From positions 1-48,790 of IMG/VR virus record IMGVR_UViG_3300022187_000048: a DNA stretch of 48,790 bases; one strand, 5' to 3'. The notes under the pieces were generated by a model that was not told where the DNA came from, made no database searches, and worked only from the letters and a program-made list of their open reading frames with translations. The number at the start of each line of letters is the position of its first letter. The stretch's first letter is position 1. Positions 38,359 through 47,078 of this stretch are shown here, one piece after another. Source of the DNA: a virus. Taxonomy: Duplodnaviria; Caudoviricetes. The position numbers were made by a program, and so were the translations under genes.

Positions 38359-39119
38359 TTAGGGGGTTCTAAGAGGCTATATTCGCCCCACCCTGTGCCA
38401 AAGTCCTCTTTGTCGATTGCTTCCTTAATAATCTCCAAAGTCTTGTGCATTTGCTCCGTAGCCCTGACCAACAACTCAGGGCTGACTACGTGCATATGAC
38501 TTACGTAGGGAGCAGACTTCTCCACCGCTATGAAGTGGAAGCGATCCACCTCGATACCGCCAAGATTACATACGTAAAGATAGAAGGCTGCTTGGATTGG
38601 ATACGAATATTTCCAGCACTCTGAGGCGAAACCTTTTGGACTTGCATCCTGTGTGGTCTTAATATCGTAGACAATTCCCTCAGAGGGTATGTACAGGTCA
38701 GGTCTCGTCTTGAGTATCAGACCTGTGTTTTCACACTCGGCAAAGATACTGACCTCGTTTACTCGATCCTTGTGTCTCAGGGCATCGTGGCAGACCTTAT
38801 TCTTTAAAGTCTCTGTCGCCATACGATTAGCCACGTGGTACTCTACTTCCGTGAGTAGTACCTGATCTTGTTCTAGGTCTTCCTGTAATTCCTTAAAGCC
38901 CTTGGAGTTGCGGGTCTTTGGTCCCTTTACTACTAGGTCACGGTCTTCCTCTAGCAATAGAGCGTGGACCGCCGTACCCAAGTCGAATGCCGCAGATGTC
39001 TTCCGCTTCTCACCTTTCCAGTGAGCCACTGACTTTTTAAATACTGTCTTTACCGCCGAAGAGGATATACCACCTTGTTGGTGGTACACCTCATTAGACA
39101 TATTCTCTACAACGCCCAT
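38349..39119 (-). CDS. PD-(D/E)XK exonuclease (RecE/exonuclease VIII-like, DUF3799)
   Basis: SNEVYH, ISSS, GTAVHALLLE, KTRPD, DIKTT, Y.IQAAFY, FIAVEK. Confidence 0.88.
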   Translation of the reverse strand: MGVVENMSNEVYHQQGGISSSAVKTVFKKSVAHWKGEKRKTSAAFDLGTAVHALLLEEDRDLVVKGPKTRNSKGFKELQEDLEQDQVLLTEVEYHVANRMATETLKNKVCHDALRHKDRVNEVSIFAECENTGLILKTRPDLYIPSEGIVYDIKTTQDASPKGFASECWKYSYPIQAAFYLYVCNLGGIEVDRFHFIAVEKSAPYVSHMHVVSPELLVRATEQMHKTLEIIKEAIDKEDFGTGWGEYSLLEPPKWL

Positions 39120-39937
39120 TATGCTACGTCTGCGTCTAGAGCCTGTTCTACCTTGTCTACTATTGTTGCGGCCTCTCCGACCTCACGCTCAATATTCAAT
39201 GCCTCTTTATAGGCTTGGTTGATACGAGCGTTCTCATCAGTCACCAACTTAGTGACGTAGGCAAGACTATCATACGTCATCTGGTCCATTGGCAGCGGGT
39301 TTGCAAACTGTGGGTTAAAGCGCATTACGTAGAACGTCTTACCATAAGAGTTCTTCTTCTTGTCCGTAGACAAAATACTCTCGAAGTCCCATAGGTTCAT
39401 ACCATTCGGTAAACGCTTCATAACATCGTGATAAAACGGTCCATAATTTTTACGTTTAGTCTCCAGCTTAAATGGCTGGTTTTCAATGGTTACCTCTTGG
39501 CCCTGTGAAGTGGTGCCTGTGTACGTAATTAGTCCACGGATTACACGATATCGGTCCATACCCTTATATTTCTCCTTCTCTTCAGGAGACATTTGGATGG
39601 ACTGCTCGTATGTAGGCATCCCACACATAAAGCCACCCAGCATATCACGCGCCTCTTCACGCTGATTTTTAATAAGCAGAGACTTGTTTACTAAGCCATC
39701 TACATCATCCCAATGCTGGTATTGAATATGGTTACTGAAGGCACGAATACGCACGTTTTCTGTGGCGTATACATGATCCTGACCAGTCTTCAGAAAGAAT
39801 GCACCCATCGGGGCATCATCTGGTTCATAGTTCATTTTAAGAGTGGGGATTGTCGGTCCCGACTGGGATGCTGCACCAAGTTGTGCTGCGATTTCTTCCA
39901 TTGTGTAGTGATTTTCTTGTACTGCTAGTTCTGACAT
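39119..39937 (-). CDS. Single-stranded DNA-binding protein (putative)
   Basis: 272 aa between polymerase and exonuclease; IPTLK N-terminal motif, acidic C-terminus. Confidence 0.6.
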   Translation of the reverse strand: MSELAVQENHYTMEEIAAQLGAASQSGPTIPTLKMNYEPDDAPMGAFFLKTGQDHVYATENVRIRAFSNHIQYQHWDDVDGLVNKSLLIKNQREEARDMLGGFMCGMPTYEQSIQMSPEEKEKYKGMDRYRVIRGLITYTGTTSQGQEVTIENQPFKLETKRKNYGPFYHDVMKRLPNGMNLWDFESILSTDKKKNSYGKTFYVMRFNPQFANPLPMDQMTYDSLAYVTKLVTDENARINQAYKEALNIEREVGEAATIVDKVEQALDADVA

Positions 39938-39963
39938 AACTAATTCCTCAATAGTGGACTTAC

Positions 39964-39992
39964 ATTATACATTAGTTAAGTGCTTCAATCAA
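39964..39992 (-). promoter_or_regulatory. Sigma70-type promoter of SSB operon
   Basis: TTGATT-N17-TATAAT; spacer carries the operator motif. Confidence 0.75.
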
Positions 39993-42139
39993 GCATATTC
40001 CTCTTGATCAAGCCAATTTGTCCCACGACTTATTTCTATTTCTAGAGGAACTACTATGCTGTAATTAAATCGTTTTTCTGCCTCTTCTCCGACCTTCGTC
40101 ATCGCCTCTGTGAGTATTTCTTTGACGATTTCTTCTTCATCAGGATGAGTATCGACGACGATGCTATCGTGTACCGTGAGTATCAGCTTTGAGATCAGGT
40201 CTTTTTCTTTGAATAACCTAAAAGTTCTTATACACGCCAACTGCACTAGGTCTGCACTGAAGCCCTGTACTGGGTAGTTCAGTATCTGCGTAGCCTTGGT
40301 CACTCGGTTGTTTCGAGTACGTATGACGTTAGGCCAAAAGTACTGGCGACCAGATGGTGTCTCGACAGTGCCATTCTTCAGCGCACCTGTCATAAGAGAT
40401 TGGTGCCACGTGTAGATGCCATCGTAGATTTCATAGAAACGGTCAAAGTATGCCTTGATATGCTCTGGTTGACCTGCGCCCGTACCCCCAAACAGCGGCT
40501 GGAAGCTAGCCCACTTGTGACCCTGCCTCTCTGCCTTACTCACCTCTTCAGGAGACTTCTGTAGGCAGATACTCGCAGTCTGTCTGTGAATGTCCTTACC
40601 CTCGATGATGTCGGCAATGCCCTGCCCATCACGCGACAACTCACACGCCGTTCTAAATTCAAGACCTGAGTAGTCACTTTCTAAAAGCAGACCGTTTTCG
40701 AACCGACTTACAAAGCACTTACGTACAGGAAATCCTCTCTTAGGCTGGTTCTGCAAATTTAATGACATACCGCCGCCCGAAGACAGGCGACCAGTAGAGG
40801 CGATGCACTGATTAAAGTTTGCGTGGAGAAGACCCGTAGATCGTGTACCTCGTTTGATACCTGCGACGAAACTATCTAGGTAGACAGACACGGCACTCAG
40901 GCGAGAAAGTTTCGTGAGAAATTCTACGGCAATATCTTTATTTTTGCGCTCTGCCTGACGTATCAGTGACTGGATAGTCTCCTTATCGGTCTTAAATCCG
41001 TTGATACTAGCGTCATAGGGTGAGCTTGGAGATAACTTCAGCCCCGCTACTTCCCCAGTAGATACGTAAATAGCACCTACACCCTTACACGTCTTGCATT
41101 TAGTACGGTTCTTGTAGGGGTCACCTTGGATACGATACTTCTTACCATTCTTCTGTCGAGTGATCTGCTTGTATTGCTGAATGGAGCCTACGCCATTACA
41201 GTCTCTGCACTTGTGAGCAGTCTTACGGAATACAACTCTAGTAGTTGCGCGAACAGCATCCACAAACTGATTGGTACTCATATAAGGTGGTCTGAGAGGT
41301 TTGCCCTCATCGTCTGTGAATATGTTAAACGTCTGTCGGTGTATGTCCTTGTCTATTACTTCACGTGAGTAGATGACTTTGGTCATGTGGACACCGCTGT
41401 TAAAGTTTACTGGCTCGTCGCCCATAACCATTTCAGCGATTTCTCTCAGCCGCTTCTCCAGTTCTGCCTTCTCGGCTTCAAACTCCTTTTCCACCTCTAG
41501 TAGAGCGTCCATGTCAATCTTCACGCCATTCATTTCTATTTCACATAGAAACATCAGCATCTCATTCATAAATGGGATTACTTTCTTTAGGCTCTGATTG
41601 TGTTCACGCTCGAAGATTTCTTGCTGCGCGAGGTATAGCTCCCCAGTGGCTCTGACATCGGCCTCGGCATACTCTATTACCGTATCTAGTGGCATTGCCT
41701 CGAAGCCTGTACCACTCTTAAACAACTCATCAATCAGGTCTGATTTCTTGATGCTCTCAGTCTTACGTCTGATGGCACTGTCCTTCAGCGACAGACCTCT
41801 GTTCTGCCCCTTGGCTAGTAAGTACTCTGCTATCATCGTGTCGAATACTTGCGCAGGTATGTCGAAGCCCATTTCCTGTAGCCACTCTACATCAAACTTT
41901 GCGTTGTGGCAGATAAGCAGGTCAGCTTCTGCGAGGTGTTCTCTTAGTTGATCTATGCCGTCAGGATATGGCTTCTCGTTGTGATACCATACGTCATTAT
42001 GTACGTCCTCTACTGTCGTGTCAGACAACCAGCCGTAGTGGGCCGATACACATCTGTTATTTGGGTTCTTCGGGCTGTTATCTATGCGCCCTTCTATACG
42101 CTCGACGGTGGTCTCTAAGTCTAGTACTAGTTTCTTCAA
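39989..42139 (-). CDS. polA: Family A DNA polymerase with DnaJ-type zinc-finger insertion
   Basis: ExoI DLET, ExoII HNAKFD, ExoIII YAEAD, TGRLSS, motif A DYSGLE, DIH, NYPVQG, motif C VHDS; CRDCNGVG...CKTCKGVG. Confidence 0.95.
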   Translation of the reverse strand: MKKLVLDLETTVERIEGRIDNSPKNPNNRCVSAHYGWLSDTTVEDVHNDVWYHNEKPYPDGIDQLREHLAEADLLICHNAKFDVEWLQEMGFDIPAQVFDTMIAEYLLAKGQNRGLSLKDSAIRRKTESIKKSDLIDELFKSGTGFEAMPLDTVIEYAEADVRATGELYLAQQEIFEREHNQSLKKVIPFMNEMLMFLCEIEMNGVKIDMDALLEVEKEFEAEKAELEKRLREIAEMVMGDEPVNFNSGVHMTKVIYSREVIDKDIHRQTFNIFTDDEGKPLRPPYMSTNQFVDAVRATTRVVFRKTAHKCRDCNGVGSIQQYKQITRQKNGKKYRIQGDPYKNRTKCKTCKGVGAIYVSTGEVAGLKLSPSSPYDASINGFKTDKETIQSLIRQAERKNKDIAVEFLTKLSRLSAVSVYLDSFVAGIKRGTRSTGLLHANFNQCIASTGRLSSGGGMSLNLQNQPKRGFPVRKCFVSRFENGLLLESDYSGLEFRTACELSRDGQGIADIIEGKDIHRQTASICLQKSPEEVSKAERQGHKWASFQPLFGGTGAGQPEHIKAYFDRFYEIYDGIYTWHQSLMTGALKNGTVETPSGRQYFWPNVIRTRNNRVTKATQILNYPVQGFSADLVQLACIRTFRLFKEKDLISKLILTVHDSIVVDTHPDEEEIVKEILTEAMTKVGEEAEKRFNYSIVVPLEIEISRGTNWLDQEEYA

Positions 42140-42285
42140 AAGTCTGGCTCCCCATGCTCGTCAAAGGTAGGCCGTCTATATTCTTGCACTCTCGCGGCTA
42201 CCTCTTGTGGTTTTTTCTCAGCCATCACACCAAATTGTCGTACCTGTAGTTCAATGTGTGGCGGTAATCTGGCTTCACACTTCAT
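42136..42285 (-). CDS. 49-aa hypothetical protein (MKCEARLPPHIELQVRQFGV...FDEHGEPDF)
   Basis: Read directly; overlaps the helicase stop and the polymerase TTG start, filling the gap. Confidence 0.65.
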   Translation of the reverse strand: MKCEARLPPHIELQVRQFGVMAEKKPQEVAARVQEYRRPTFDEHGEPDF

Positions 42286-43492
42286 AGCGCGAAGTCTTAT
42301 GGTCTAGCTGACACATGACTGTGCCATGCCACCCTGAGATTTTATTCTTCATCACCGTAATCCAGCGCGAAGGATCGTCAGGGTTTTCCTTGTCATCCAT
42401 CTTACCTAAGCCTATTAAGATGTCGCTCTCGGCTACCTTACCCACCTTACTACCTTCCAGCATTGTTGGCGTGAGGCGTGTCTTACCTTCAGCTTCTGCA
42501 GATGCTTGTGAAAGACCTATTAAGGCCACGTTATGCTTCTTGGCTAATTCACGTAGGCGGTAGTACAATTCTCTCAGGCGTTCATGCCCAGAGTTAAATG
42601 TCTGCGTGAGTGCGATCTTGTCTGCCATATCCACGATTACGACATCAAATTTTTGTTGGCTCAGGAAGGCATCGAGTTGCTGTATATCCCAGCCCTGACT
42701 ATCTGCGAAGATAAGACGGTCCCTAATAGCTGCATACCGTGCGGCTGCGGCCTGTGGCTCGAAGTTCATCTCCTCTTTGGTCATACCAGTGAACGCTTGC
42801 ATGGCACGTAGCTTAGTGCGCTTACCCACCTCTTCGTTGGCTATGTAACCAACCTTGGCACCTTGCTGGCAGAAGCCGTCTGGGGCAGCGCATAGGCTAA
42901 TAGCAAATGCCGTCTTGCCTACATTAGAGTATGCCGCAATGACACCGAACTCTCCGCGCCCAATGCCATACACATTTCTACTCAGGGTCTCGATGTTAAA
43001 CTTAAATCTATTGTCGTCTGATACAGTAGCTAATAGCTCGTAGATATCGTCTGTGACTATGTAGTCATTAAAGTTATCTGGTAGGTATCCATCTGATACA
43101 CGGTCCAAAAGAGTATTCAGCTTGTCCATTGCAGAGGCATCACCCTCAGACATTGATATACCTAGCTGGGCAATGTCTAAACCAATGTGCTGCCGCCAGA
43201 GTGTCTCGATGACATCACTAGCTACGGCACTGTCTATGTCATCAGCATTGGAAATAGAATTTACTAGGTCTTCAATCTCAGCCGACCACGAACCCGTCGA
43301 TGTAGGATTTTTAGACTTCCAGTAAGTAAATAGTTCAAGAGGCGTAATGTCCTTCTCAAACTTATCGTGCATCGAGATAATTGTCTCGAATACATCTTTC
43401 ATAGTCTCGTCGAACAGTGATGCTCGAAGTTTTGCCTTATTTTCCTCATAGAATGAGTGGTTAAGGCAGCTTTTAAGAAGTGATTGGTCCAT
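42275..43492 (-). CDS. SF4 (DnaB/T7 gp4-like) DNA helicase
   Basis: Walker A AYSNVGKT, ANEE, VVIVD, LSQAS, GSK, KNKISG. Confidence 0.92.
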   Translation of the reverse strand: MDQSLLKSCLNHSFYEENKAKLRASLFDETMKDVFETIISMHDKFEKDITPLELFTYWKSKNPTSTGSWSAEIEDLVNSISNADDIDSAVASDVIETLWRQHIGLDIAQLGISMSEGDASAMDKLNTLLDRVSDGYLPDNFNDYIVTDDIYELLATVSDDNRFKFNIETLSRNVYGIGRGEFGVIAAYSNVGKTAFAISLCAAPDGFCQQGAKVGYIANEEVGKRTKLRAMQAFTGMTKEEMNFEPQAAAARYAAIRDRLIFADSQGWDIQQLDAFLSQQKFDVVIVDMADKIALTQTFNSGHERLRELYYRLRELAKKHNVALIGLSQASAEAEGKTRLTPTMLEGSKVGKVAESDILIGLGKMDDKENPDDPSRWITVMKNKISGWHGTVMCQLDHKTSRYEV

Positions 43493-43543
43493 TCTTCGCT
43501 ATCCATTAACAATTAATAGAGTGCTATAGTAGACCAATTAGCG

Positions 43544-43577
43544 AAATAAAAAAAGCCCCAACTTTGCAGAAGGGGCT
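43544..43577 (-). terminator. Intrinsic terminator after the 68-aa gene
   Basis: AGCCCC/GGGGCT stem followed by a T-tract on the - strand. Confidence 0.7.
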
Positions 43578-43602
43578 AATTAGTTTGATTACGTTAGTAG
43601 TA

Positions 43603-43809
43603 CTAGTTGGCTCTGAATTTCATTTTACTCAGGTCTACAGAACCAGCCTCGCCTCGGCGTTCTCGAAGCTCACACTGATACGTAATTACCCGTGGGTTCT
43701 TTTCACAGTATTCACGTATCAGCTTCTCTAGTGCTTCTTCTTCAGCAGCGGCTTCTCGGAAGCCCCCCTCAATTTCTAGATCGATTATAGCTATTCCTCT
43801 AGCTTTCAT
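43603..43809 (-). CDS. 68-aa hypothetical protein (ELRERRG motif)
   Basis: AAGGA RBS, own terminator downstream. Confidence 0.8.
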   Translation of the reverse strand: MKARGIAIIDLEIEGGFREAAAEEEALEKLIREYCEKNPRVITYQCELRERRGEAGSVDLSKMKFRAN

Positions 43810-44058
43810 TATACCATTCCTTTAACTTTAACGTCTGTACTGGTGGCCTAGACGGTGTTTTTGTTAACCCAGTTGTCCTCTGGATAGTGATTGGCAGCTA
43901 TAAGGAATGAATCGGAGGACCGCTAGGGGGATTCTGTAATGACACCACATAAGTCATCATTTTTATAGGACGCTCTGCCGCCTTAGTACGTGATCTTCTG
44001 CGATTTACTCTAGACCTATTACCCCCACAAGTAATAAAGGCCCACGTAAATACGCTAC

Positions 44059-44814
44059 TTACCGTAGTAAATTGTTTATCTGTTCTGTAGTGAGCCATTT
44101 AAGGTCTTTCTCAGTTAGTCGCAGCTTTAGGGTCTTATCTTTACTTCTGATTGTATTGAGTGCCTTAGTGTTCGCGTCTTTGTCAAGAACTAAATACCTA
44201 TTAGTGTAACAACTAATTGACTGCTTTATTGTGGAAGTCAAGTTTGTACCTAGCATTGCCACACCTACGTAGCCGTCTAGTCTACTTACACTACAGGCTG
44301 ATGGTATGTCTTCTACGAGTACGGCATCAGTTCCCTCACCTACGTGTACACCGCCTTCGATGACACCATAAGTCATCCACTTAGGTCCATAGGGTTTCAG
44401 GCATCTACCCACTGCACCTCTATCTGCGTAGAACATTACTCGGTCTTCGGCTGGTGCGTAGCGTACATCTATCCATCCGTTCTGGTAAGCCTCTAGACTA
44501 TTCACAGACTTCAGGAAGTCGATTGCTGGTTTATGGTTATCTACTGAAGTAGTTATCTCGGGTAATGGTTTAACCTTAGCAGTCGGCTTAGATACTTTTG
44601 CTAGATAGTCTTTGGAAGACTGAAGAGAACGTCTACCTTGGTATATGCCTCTTCCATTACAGCTTGCTCTATAACAGAACCACTTTAGTTGACCATCTAT
44701 TTTAGAGACTGCTAGCTTCTTATAACCACCACAGAAAGGGCATTGGATTACTATAGTATCCCCCTCTCTGATATTAATAGTCTTTACTATTTCTAACTGC
44801 TCTAAGTAGGTCAT
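44059..44814 (-). CDS. DNA primase (Zn-binding plus TOPRIM)
   Basis: CPFC...CYRASC zinc ribbon, PKW, VLVED, LGT, LDKDA, KDLK. Confidence 0.9.
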   Translation of the reverse strand: MTYLEQLEIVKTINIREGDTIVIQCPFCGGYKKLAVSKIDGQLKWFCYRASCNGRGIYQGRRSLQSSKDYLAKVSKPTAKVKPLPEITTSVDNHKPAIDFLKSVNSLEAYQNGWIDVRYAPAEDRVMFYADRGAVGRCLKPYGPKWMTYGVIEGGVHVGEGTDAVLVEDIPSACSVSRLDGYVGVAMLGTNLTSTIKQSISCYTNRYLVLDKDANTKALNTIRSKDKTLKLRLTEKDLKWLTTEQINNLLR

Positions 44815-44857
44815 CTCTAGTCCGTTGGTTATACTGCCCCTTCGCAGGGACAGCGTC

Positions 44858-44885
44858 AGCTTATCGTCAAAAACAATTTAGTCAA
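44858..44885 (-). promoter_or_regulatory. Putative promoter of primase operon
   Basis: TTGACT-N16-TAAGCT, with an operator copy abutting the -35. Confidence 0.5.
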
Positions 44886-44970
44886 CAACTAATTAAGTGC
44901 TATATTAAAACACTTAAAGTTAACAGGTATTAATGTAAGTATATCATAAGCCATTGATTTTAAACATCAT

Positions 44971-45015
44971 CTGTTAATCAATTGGTCGTAGGTTCGATCC
45001 CTACCGCCGGAGCCA
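44971..45015 (+). mobile_element. attP core: 3' half of tRNA-Asn(GTT)
   Basis: CTGTTAA anticodon loop, TCAAT, T-arm GTAGG-TTCGATC-CCTAC, acceptor strand ending GCCA; 5' half absent; AT-rich flanks; integrase ~0.9 kb away. Confidence 0.85.
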
Positions 45016-45058
45016 ACTATTTGATATTATTAGATAAATAACTGTTTGGCTAGTGTAA

Positions 45059-45103
45059 GTGGCATGGCAGATAGCTTTGTGGCAGTCTGCCATTTTTGCC
45101 ACT
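45059..45103. repeat. Clustered TGGCA/TGCCA repeats, probable integrase arm-type sites
   Basis: GTGGCATGGCAGA...GTGGCAG-TCTGCCA-TTTTTGCCAC next to the att core. Confidence 0.55.
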
Positions 45104-45113
45104 CACGTTATTA

Positions 45114-45251
45114 TTATTTGACCGACTCAATCTCCAGTCTGGATTCTGTTAGTCTGGGATTGTTGATTTCTTTATCAGCCACTGACTTAGTTGTGTTCTT
45201 GTAGGCGAACACTGCGCCAGTCTTCTTGCATATATATTTGATCTTAACCAT
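45114..45251 (-). CDS. 45-aa hypothetical protein (MVKIKYICKKTGAVFAYK...)
   Basis: Read directly; overlaps the upstream stop; ends at a run of TAA codons. Confidence 0.5.
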   Translation of the reverse strand: MVKIKYICKKTGAVFAYKNTTKSVADKEINNPRLTESRLEIESVK

Positions 45252-45453
45252 CGGACATCTCTCGAATGTGATCTTCTATGAAGTCATAGACTATTTGCAT
45301 ATCCAGCTTGGCGGCTGCGCAGTAGAGTACCAGCTTCAAGCCTTCCTCTGTCAGTAAGTTTCTGCACTTGTCGTCCATGTGAAACTGATACGTAGCGGAA
45401 CCGTCTTCGTGTTCTTCTACAGTCTCTACACCAATGATACCTGACTTATCCAT
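45244..45453 (-). CDS. Hypothetical protein, 69 aa (VEEHEDGSAT motif)
   Basis: GAGGTG RBS before ATG 45453, which is preferred over the ORF-track start. Confidence 0.7.
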   Translation of the reverse strand: MDKSGIIGVETVEEHEDGSATYQFHMDDKCRNLLTEEGLKLVLYCAAAKLDMQIVYDFIEDHIREMSDG

Positions 45454-45667
45454 TTTCACCTCGCAGTACTGGTCTGATTGATCTAGACATGACACCTGTC
45501 TCCAAGCACCACATATTAACGTCACCATCGGCGTTAAAATACTCAGGCATATTCTCATTAGTGCGTATTGCTATCTGACAGGCTTCTGAACTCGGCAGAA
45601 GTATATACGTCTGTATATCCCTGCCTTGGATTGCATACTCTACGTAGAGAGCGAAGAAGTATTCCAT
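45446..45667 (-). CDS. Hypothetical protein, 73 aa
   Basis: AAGGGG RBS; two Cys; SIRPVLR C-terminus. Confidence 0.65.
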   Translation of the reverse strand: MEYFFALYVEYAIQGRDIQTYILLPSSEACQIAIRTNENMPEYFNADGDVNMWCLETGVMSRSIRPVLRGENG

Positions 45668-45954
45668 GTCGCCCCCTTTCGTATGTTATCTTTTTCATCA
45701 CGATTAGCCTCTTCACGCTCCTTGGCCCTCTGACGCTCTTCAGGGGTCATCTGGTTAATGTGCTTGTTAACCCAGTTTCTACGTATGTCGTCGCGGTCAC
45801 ACTCCTTGTGTCTGTCGTTGTGGATCATCTCCCGCGCAAACGTGTGGCTGATACCAAAGTGTCGTGCCGCCTGAGCAATGCTGATGAAGTCCTGTCCAAA
45901 TAGACGGCAAGGTCTGCCGCGCTGAATTACTTTTACTGTTCTATGAAATCCCAT
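45640..45954 (-). CDS. HTH (NUMOD1-like) DNA-binding protein
   Basis: GQDFISIAQAARHFGIS; coupled to the integrase stop (TAATG). Confidence 0.65.
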   Translation of the reverse strand: MGFHRTVKVIQRGRPCRLFGQDFISIAQAARHFGISHTFAREMIHNDRHKECDRDDIRRNWVNKHINQMTPEERQRAKEREEANRDEKDNIRKGATWNTSSLST

Positions 45955-47078
45955 TAAATTAAGCCTCGTTTCTGATTAGCCATTGTACTCTCTGTCTCAC
46001 CCTCTAGGGCGTAGATCACTAACATCTGCGGGTTCTTGTGGCCTGTCAGGGCCATCAACTGTCGGTCAGTACACCCTGCCCTACTCGCGTGAGTAGCTCC
46101 TGTGCGTCGAAGGTCAGCCATCCACAGTTTGGTATATCGCTGGCTACCGTCATCATTTAACTGACCTACTAGTGGAACCTCTGGCAGTCCGTAGCTATCG
46201 GCAGCGGCTCTAAAGAACTTATTGCATCGATCCTGACTGTAGGGTCTCCCAGTATTCTCGTATGCGAATATGTAATCATCAGAGTTACGGTGCTGGTGTA
46301 AGTGCAGACGCTGCTTAACAGAGTTAGTTACCTTGATAGACATCTGCTTGCCTGTCTTCTTCTGAGTGAAGTGAGACACGCCTGTCTTGCCGTCGATATT
46401 ACCCCACCGCATGGTCCTTACGTCAACAGGACGCTGGCAGAACTCGTAGCACATGACCAGCATTGTACCCATACTGTGGTAGCCCATGTCGTCACAGTGC
46501 TGCACCATGCCCCATATATGTTCTTCGGGCCACAGAACCTGTCTGTCTGGCAGCTTGGGTAGCTTGACCAAGGCAAAGGGGTTAGACTTTACCTTCCCTG
46601 AGCGTAGACCCTCGTTCCAGACTAGCTTGAGAACCTTGAAAGTGTGGTTGGCTTTGTGTGTACTTACGTCAGACTGTATGTGTAGCCACAGTTTTTGTGC
46701 GTACTCGTAGTCAACGTCTGACACATTCATTTTAGCAAATGCTGTGTTAGATACGCAGACAGGCAGAACGTGCCGTAGGTGACCCTCATACGATCTCTTA
46801 GTAGCAGCAGCCTTGATGTTACCGTAGGCCATAGACGACTTGTAGTGATTGACCAGAGCCTCGACAGAGCGGTTGTCTACGTAGATGTCTTCGTGGTTAC
46901 CAGCCTTCCAAGCCTCAAACTTACGCTTCCACTCGTAGCCTCTGGCGTTGGCCTCTTGCGGGGTGGTGTAGGTCTCCCGACTGATATCGGGAAACGCCTT
47001 CTTTAATTCAGGAGTAGGCCGTAGGTCAAAGACCCTAGTGTTGCCTCTCATGCGTGGTCTTACGTAGGGAGCCTTCAT
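45954..47078 (-). CDS. int: Tyrosine integrase
   Basis: CQRPVD (R), QKKTG (K), DLRRT, LTGH, IY (Tyr); SAM-like core-binding region. Confidence 0.92.
   Translation of the reverse strand: MKAPYVRPRMRGNTRVFDLRPTPELKKAFPDISRETYTTPQEANARGYEWKRKFEAWKAGNHEDIYVDNRSVEALVNHYKSSMAYGNIKAAATKRSYEGHLRHVLPVCVSNTAFAKMNVSDVDYEYAQKLWLHIQSDVSTHKANHTFKVLKLVWNEGLRSGKVKSNPFALVKLPKLPDRQVLWPEEHIWGMVQHCDDMGYHSMGTMLVMCYEFCQRPVDVRTMRWGNIDGKTGVSHFTQKKTGKQMSIKVTNSVKQRLHLHQHRNSDDYIFAYENTGRPYSQDRCNKFFRAAADSYGLPEVPLVGQLNDDGSQRYTKLWMADLRRTGATHASRAGCTDRQLMALTGHKNPQMLVIYALEGETESTMANQKRGLI

Noticed and set aside
43898-44098. 66-aa ORF as a protein-coding gene
   Set aside because: Overlaps the primase end, lacks an RBS and has no recognisable motif; kept only as a possible leader.
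44893-44933. CtrA boxes among the many TTAA half-sites (also 10316-10352 and 43506-43516)
   Set aside because: Spacings I counted were N2-N6 or N8; no exact TTAA-N7-TTAA. A weaker half-site role cannot be excluded.
44940-45015. Complete tRNA-Asn gene
   Set aside because: Upstream bases cannot form the acceptor 5' strand, D-arm or anticodon 5' stem; only the 3' half is present, as expected for attP.
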